This document shows, piece by piece, positions 63,190 through 64,000 of a stretch of 64,000 nt of DNA. Source of the DNA: a virus; IMG/VR virus record IMGVR_UViG_3300007513_000013, positions 1 through 64,000 of that record, one strand, 5' to 3'. The first letter of the stretch is position 1; the number at the start of each line of letters is the position of its first letter. The notes under the pieces were generated by a model. The model was given only the letters and a program-made list of their open reading frames with translations, made no database searches and was not told where the DNA came from. A program made the translations under genes and the position numbers.

Positions 63190-64000
63190 TTGTTTATTAA
63201 AAAGCTACTTTCCTTAATACTTTGTTTCTTTATAATTTTATTTTTTATCGTTTCATGTACAGATGAACAAGGAGGGGGCAGTGGGAAAAATGATGAAGAT
63301 TTATATGCGTACCCCGAAATTTCTACAAAAGATACTTCTGAAGATTCTGAGGATGTATCTGAATCTGAAGACGCGACTGAAGAAGTAGAAGAAGATACCT
63401 ACTCTGTTTGGACCGATCCTTGTGTTGACTGCGCTTGGTATTTTTGTGGCAACCTAGATGTCATATGGCAAAAACAAATTTGTATCAATAACTGTGATGA
63501 TCCCCCTACAATTGTTTTTGAAGGTGAGTGCGAAGAGCACTTAGAATGCAATCCCGCACAACTAATTTTAGAAGCAAACATTCCATGCACAACAGAAGAT
63601 GGATATCCAGGCACAAAAGACAAGCTTTGCAACAAAGGGCAAATACAATATACAGACTGTAAATCAAGCTGCTCAGAGGAGATCTGTGACCTTTTAGACA
63701 ACGATTGTGATGGTGACATCGATGAAGGCGTAAAGAACGCTTGTGGAGAGTGTGGGGACGTCCCAGAGGAGGTTTGTGACTTCATAGATAATGATTGTGA
63801 TGGCGTAATTGACAATGGTGTCGCAAATGCGTGTGGTGGATGTGGAAAAGAACCAGAAGAGATATGTAATGGAATAGACGATAATTGTGATGGTGAAATT
63901 GATGAAGGTCAATTAAATGCGTGTGGAAAATGTGGACCAGTTGATGATGAAATTTGTGATGGTATTGATAATGATTGCAACGGATTGATTGATGAAGATT
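63190..64000 (+). CDS. lipoprotein with Cys/Asp EICDGIDNDCDG (MopE-type) repeats; truncated by window end
   Basis: TTG start after a GAGG RBS, lipobox IVSC, four E(I/V)C(D/N)xxD(N/D)xCxGxID repeats mostly joined by NACGxCG; open to the end of the window. Confidence 0.85.
   Translation, partial: MFIKKLLSLILCFFIILFFIVSCTDEQGGGSGKNDEDLYAYPEISTKDTSEDSEDVSESEDATEEVEEDTYSVWTDPCVDCAWYFCGNLDVIWQKQICINNCDDPPTIVFEGECEEHLECNPAQLILEANIPCTTEDGYPGTKDKLCNKGQIQYTDCKSSCSEEICDLLDNDCDGDIDEGVKNACGECGDVPEEVCDFIDNDCDGVIDNGVANACGGCGKEPEEICNGIDDNCDGEIDEGQLNACGKCGPVDDEICDGIDNDCNGLIDED

Noticed and set aside
1-64000. Stop-codon reassignment
   Set aside because: Conserved genes are full length in the standard code, and TAA, TAG and TGA all occur as gene ends

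Overview
A 64-kb segment of a large (jumbo/huge-type) tailed dsDNA phage genome. It is AT-rich, densely coded, almost entirely on the + strand, and reads in the standard genetic code. From left to right: (1) a tRNA cluster (Arg-TCT, Leu-TAA, a CAT tRNA, a 3'-half tRNA next to an HNH remnant, and a tRNA-Val(TAC) split by a 138-nt structured insertion in its anticodon loop); (2) replication, nucleotide-metabolism and lysis genes (DnaB-type helicase, class II RNR, GroES-like, GH25 endolysin, SLT, DnaE-type polymerase, free-standing endonuclease, dUTPase, adenine MTase, IMPDH/GMPR, GroEL, glutaredoxin); (3) host-like genes including a CglF/GltF-like gliding-motility protein; (4) an early-gene region (30.9-42.5 kb) with 14 near-consensus sigma70 promoters and most of the window's 22 small 'M(K/Q)VGDLV...LEVIS' paralogues; (5) after a C-tract/G-tract boundary at 42.5 kb, a block of probable virion/ejection proteins. 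About 16 unrelated ORFs share one of three short N-terminal helical motifs ending in L-x-E, two mini-ORFs consist of the motif alone, and many of these genes are preceded by an ACTA(A/T)TTA element, often exactly 4 nt before the ATG. A Myxococcota-like host is inferred from the CglF-like gene and the MopE-type Cys/Asp repeat lipoprotein. All family assignments are by eye and from memory; no database searches or folding programs were run.
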